Part shown: piece by piece, positions 60,318 through 64,000 of the stretch
Layout of the letters: each line of letters opens with the position of its first letter
Position numbering within the stretch: position 1 is the stretch's first letter
Assembly: GCA_973895155.1 (NCBI GenBank)
Contig: OZ316893.1
Span: 24,045,520-24,109,519, forward strand
Length of the DNA: 64,000 nucleotides
Reading direction: 5' to 3'
Source of the DNA: Marsupella aquatica
Lineage: Eukaryota; Plantae; Marchantiophyta
Notes under the pieces: model-generated
Told to the model about the DNA's origin: nothing
Seen by the model: the letters and a program-made list of their open reading frames with translations, nothing else
Database searches by the model: none
Translations under genes and position numbers: made by a program

Positions 60318-63300
60318 CACTAGTAGAAACCGGGGCAATGTAGACCATACCTTATAGGACTAAGCCCACTAAGTCCTTTTTCCATACTTGAAACGACTCG
60401 CACCCATTGCACCGGTTTTGTTGAAGACTACAAAAGACTATTAGTGTTTTGTGGTTCACTAAAAGACTATGAGAAGTAACCTTGCTACTTTGTGAACGGT
60501 GAATAGTCTAGCACATCATGGGTAATGTTCACTTATGTTGAGGAGGGGTAATTCTATAAAGAGGGTGATAGCAAGGGGCATAACTCAATAAATGGCCTTA
60601 TTTGTGACCAGAAAGGTTTTGGAGTGAGGTTCATGGAGGGTGGACTACGGAGGGATCGATTACTCACTCCATCTATAAAAGGCCAAGATGCACAAAGGTA
60701 GATTTGTACCGGTCTCAAGGGGGTGTGGGTTTAGGGTTAGGGGGTTGTCCAGCCGAAGAACACTCGATTGAAATAGTGACGCAATGGTTTAGGGTAAAGG
60801 AACATGTTTAGGGACCCTAACTTGTTTGCTGCCTTGGGAGGATCTTGAGAGCCTGAGGCTTCTACTTGCGCGACCGTTGGAGGGGAGCGAGTTGGAGCAT
60901 CCGTTGGAGGGTCAACTCTGCATACACTTTGCACCTCCACACTCTGTCACACCCTAATCCCGCCACATTTCTAACCCTTTGCACTTTATTGTGTTGTCTT
61001 TGCAGGCATTCACGGGCATTCACGGCCACTACTGTATAGTGAGGTTTAGTGTTCCACCTTTCTTGTGGTCGGTGCTGCGGACTTAGAGACGTGCGGACTT
61101 AGAGACAAAGGATTTGGTTTAGGGTCACCGTCGTTGAGCTGAGCACTGTTACAACTTGAGCAACGACCAAGCTTGGCAGCGCTCTGGGATTTGTCGGCCA
61201 CATTGACAAGTCAGAGGTGAGTGTTTGTTCTGATAGTGTTTTGAAGGGTTTTACAGTCGCGGTCGGACAGGAATGTTCTTCTCAGGAGGCGCTGAGTTTG
61301 ACAGGTCCATGTAGTTGCGCCACATGGCCCTCCTATTTTTCTTTTACTCCCACAGTGAGCTCCCGTATGAGCTCTTGTGTGAGCTTTGTTCAGCTGTGGT
61401 GGGTGCTGAGATGATTTCCGTTGAACTCAGCTATGCTATGCTGATTTTCGTCTAAGCAAGCTCGGGGGAGGGTTGCCGGTTGGACGTTGGAGCTGTGCTT
61501 GTGATATTTTGGGGTTCGGGCAAAGGGCGGAGGGTGAAGATCAAGCATTGCCATTTTGCTAACGCTGCATGGTGGAAATTGGACCAACCAACTCCTTGTC
61601 TACGGTGTTGTTGAGCTGGGCGAGCTGCGACAAGGGACCGAGCCAGGCGACCTGTGAATCAAAGCCCATCAACCGCTGCTGAAGGTTTGATGTTCTATAT
61701 TTGAAGCTCTCGTTTGCTTTCTATTTGTTAGTCTTTCACAGCTGCGCATTAGTGTTGGCCCTATCCTCCGTCCCTCTACTGGCCTGCTACTGACATTTGG
61801 TTAATCATAGTTGTTCACTGCTGTGCATTAGTGTTGGCCCTATCCTTCGTCCCTCTGCTAGCCTGCTACATTTGGTTAATCAAAATGCAATGTCTGTTTG
61901 AGTGAGCTGATCATCTCCAATGTAGTATGGGCTTGGGATTTACATATATGTTTCCTGCTTCCAGCAGATAGGCAATTGCTTCCAAGCTCTTTGGTGCAGA
62001 CATCTCTATGGAATGCAATGCCCTGTATGCCAGAGCTTTCATATATTGGCAGGTTCACATTTGCTCTTGGAATATATGATCCCGAAGGCTTCATGAGCAA
62101 ATTTGCTCTTGTTCAGAATTCTGTTTATGTTGTTGTTTCCATCAATTGCAGCTTGGATTTTTGAATATATGTCCTGTCATTGATGATAGAGGGTGGTTGA
62201 GATTGGTTTTCTTTCTTCTTGGTAGTGGGTCAGTGTGTTGGCATTTTCCTCATGTCACTCATTCTCATCGGACAAGCTGCGGATTGGTACTGAATATTCA
62301 TTTAGCCTATTGCTGCCTCCCACCGCCATTGCCGATTGCCGTTATCATCGTGTATTGCTTGCTTGCTTGCTTGCCACTGCCTTTGTTGGTTGCCACCCTC
62401 TTCATACTCTCTCGCATCTATCTTCCGATATGAACACGCAGCCAAGCCCACCAAAAGCTCTGTCCCTACAATCCCTCCCAAATCAACTTTCTTGTTTCCT
62501 GCTGCTCATGATCACCGCATTGTTCTTCCCTATTTTTGTTTACTTATTGGTCTCTCCACACTTGTTGCTTCACATGACTATTTTGCTCCTCCCTGGATCC
62601 GAACATGCCTTGTGCCCAATGCTCCCACGGTGGAGTGGGGTGGTGAATAGACGACCTCAACACCGTTGCAATCACATTTGGAGGGGTTAGTTTTTTGCAG
62701 CTTAAACCTGTCGGGATTTTGCGCTTGTGGCAACGCTATCCTTTCTGCCACTTCATGAGTTTGTTTATGCTGCAGTGGTCGGTCTTGCGCAACTCAATGA
62801 GCCAATTTCATTTTCCCTGTGCACTTCTATTTCTCAGAGAATTCCCTGGTCATGCTCATTTGCCCCAGAGTTAGAAAACAAAGAAGAAGAGCTGACTAAT
62901 TGTAATTCCAATCCATATCCTGATCGGTCAAGGATTGTGAACTACATTGGCCTTGTCATCGGCCGAGGTCACCAAATTTTGCTTGGTTTCATTCCTGTGG
63001 AGCACTGCTGTGATGGATGAATAGTTGTGTCTTGCCCTAAAGTGGGACATTGGATGAATCCCTCATGCCTTGTCTGTTTTCAAAAGCTCACAGTGTTTAC
63101 CTTTAGCTATGGGCGGTTGACATCTTTTAGCATTCTTTGTGGTGGTGCCTTTGTTCGTTGCAGAGCTCCTGCTCCAACTGCCCCTTTTTCCTGGTAAGTT
63201 GTGCAACCTGGATTCCAGTATAGATTGAAGTATTCTTGTCTTAATTGTGTCTATGTACATAGTGTCCTTCATTGCAACTGTCGCTTTGACCTGCTGAGTT

Positions 63301-64000
63301 TCAGCAAAGTGAATAAGGCATTATGCCATCATTCCAATCGACTTAAACAAAAATTGAGCTTCAATATGAACTGAAAGCATTTATCCCCTCCCTAGACTGA
63401 TCAAAGTTTCCTAGCGAAAGTTTATATATTTTAACTGTCCAAGTGTAGGTTTGACCGTGAAAGTTCAGGCCGCTACACCAAGTGCTAGTTGGTGGCCTAA
63501 GTGCAGGGTGGTAGGTGGAGTACGTTGCCCAGCCCTGTCACTTTTTCATTGTTTGCCTATGGTGTTGCCATTTTTCTCACACTCATTCTCATCCTACTAT
63601 AATTGGCAATTCAACTCTCCTCTAGAATTTAGTCAGAAGGTGAAGTATTAGTAAGACTACATTTTCTGCTACTAAGATGTCTTGTTCTGAGCAGCATACA
63701 CCGGAAGTAAGCAATAGTGGAGGTTTAACTGCATATCAACACATCCAGTGAACTACCTCTCTATTGCTCACTGCAGGGTGAGACTTTCACTCTTTCTGGA
63801 TATTGTAGTTTGTAAGCAAGTTGATTAGGAGTGTTTCATGCTATGTTTACACTGTGACCCCTAGCTGGAACCAATGGAATGACACGTGAGTGGGAACTGA
63901 TAATTTAAGGTTGGTTGCTGTTGGTGAGGCAAGTACAGCTCTTGCTCACCTTGCTGATCGAAGGTGCTTATCAGAGGACGTGAACACATGACATCTCCAC
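60318..64000 (+). mobile_element. Probable second CACTA element (left end only), running off the window
   Basis: CACTAGTAGAAA at 60318, where the TCCGA repeats of element 1 stop. Followed by a different cluster of gacta/tagtc words. No matching right TIR (...CTAGTG) seen in the window. Confidence 0.55.
61742..61881. repeat. About 79-bp tandem duplication
   Basis: ctg.gcattagtgttggccctatcct.cgtccctct.ct.gcctgctac...atttggttaatca at 61742 and 61821. Confidence 0.85.

Noticed and set aside
60727-60745. gggtttagggttagggg as an interstitial telomere
   Set aside because: Only about two imperfect units, at most a telo-box-like motif.

Overview
Eukaryotic nuclear DNA from a land plant, probably a non-seed plant (inferred from CRE-clade retroelements and gene style). 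Four host genes are supported: a 9-exon plastid-type NAD(P)-binding Rossmann protein (714-4351, +), an intronless F-box protein (12532-13854, +), a 5-exon RPA34/mediator-associated-protein-2-like gene (19128-20638, -) and a 4-exon CYP71-clan cytochrome P450 (42551-44888, +). Most of the rest is nested transposons. Two Ty1/copia elements are present: one carries a solo-LTR-like insert, the other a Helitron and a Mutator-like MITE. There is also a 5'-truncated L1 LINE, a hAT-like MITE, CRE-clade non-LTR fragments and two CACTA elements whose right ends are not seen. The standout is the CACTA starting at 50622. It carries an uninterrupted SET-domain (lysine methyltransferase fold) exon between the exon for the N-terminal transposase-associated Cys/His domain and the body of TnpD. 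Splice phases would let that first exon be joined to either the SET exon or the transposase. All calls are from reading the sequence by hand; no database searches were run.
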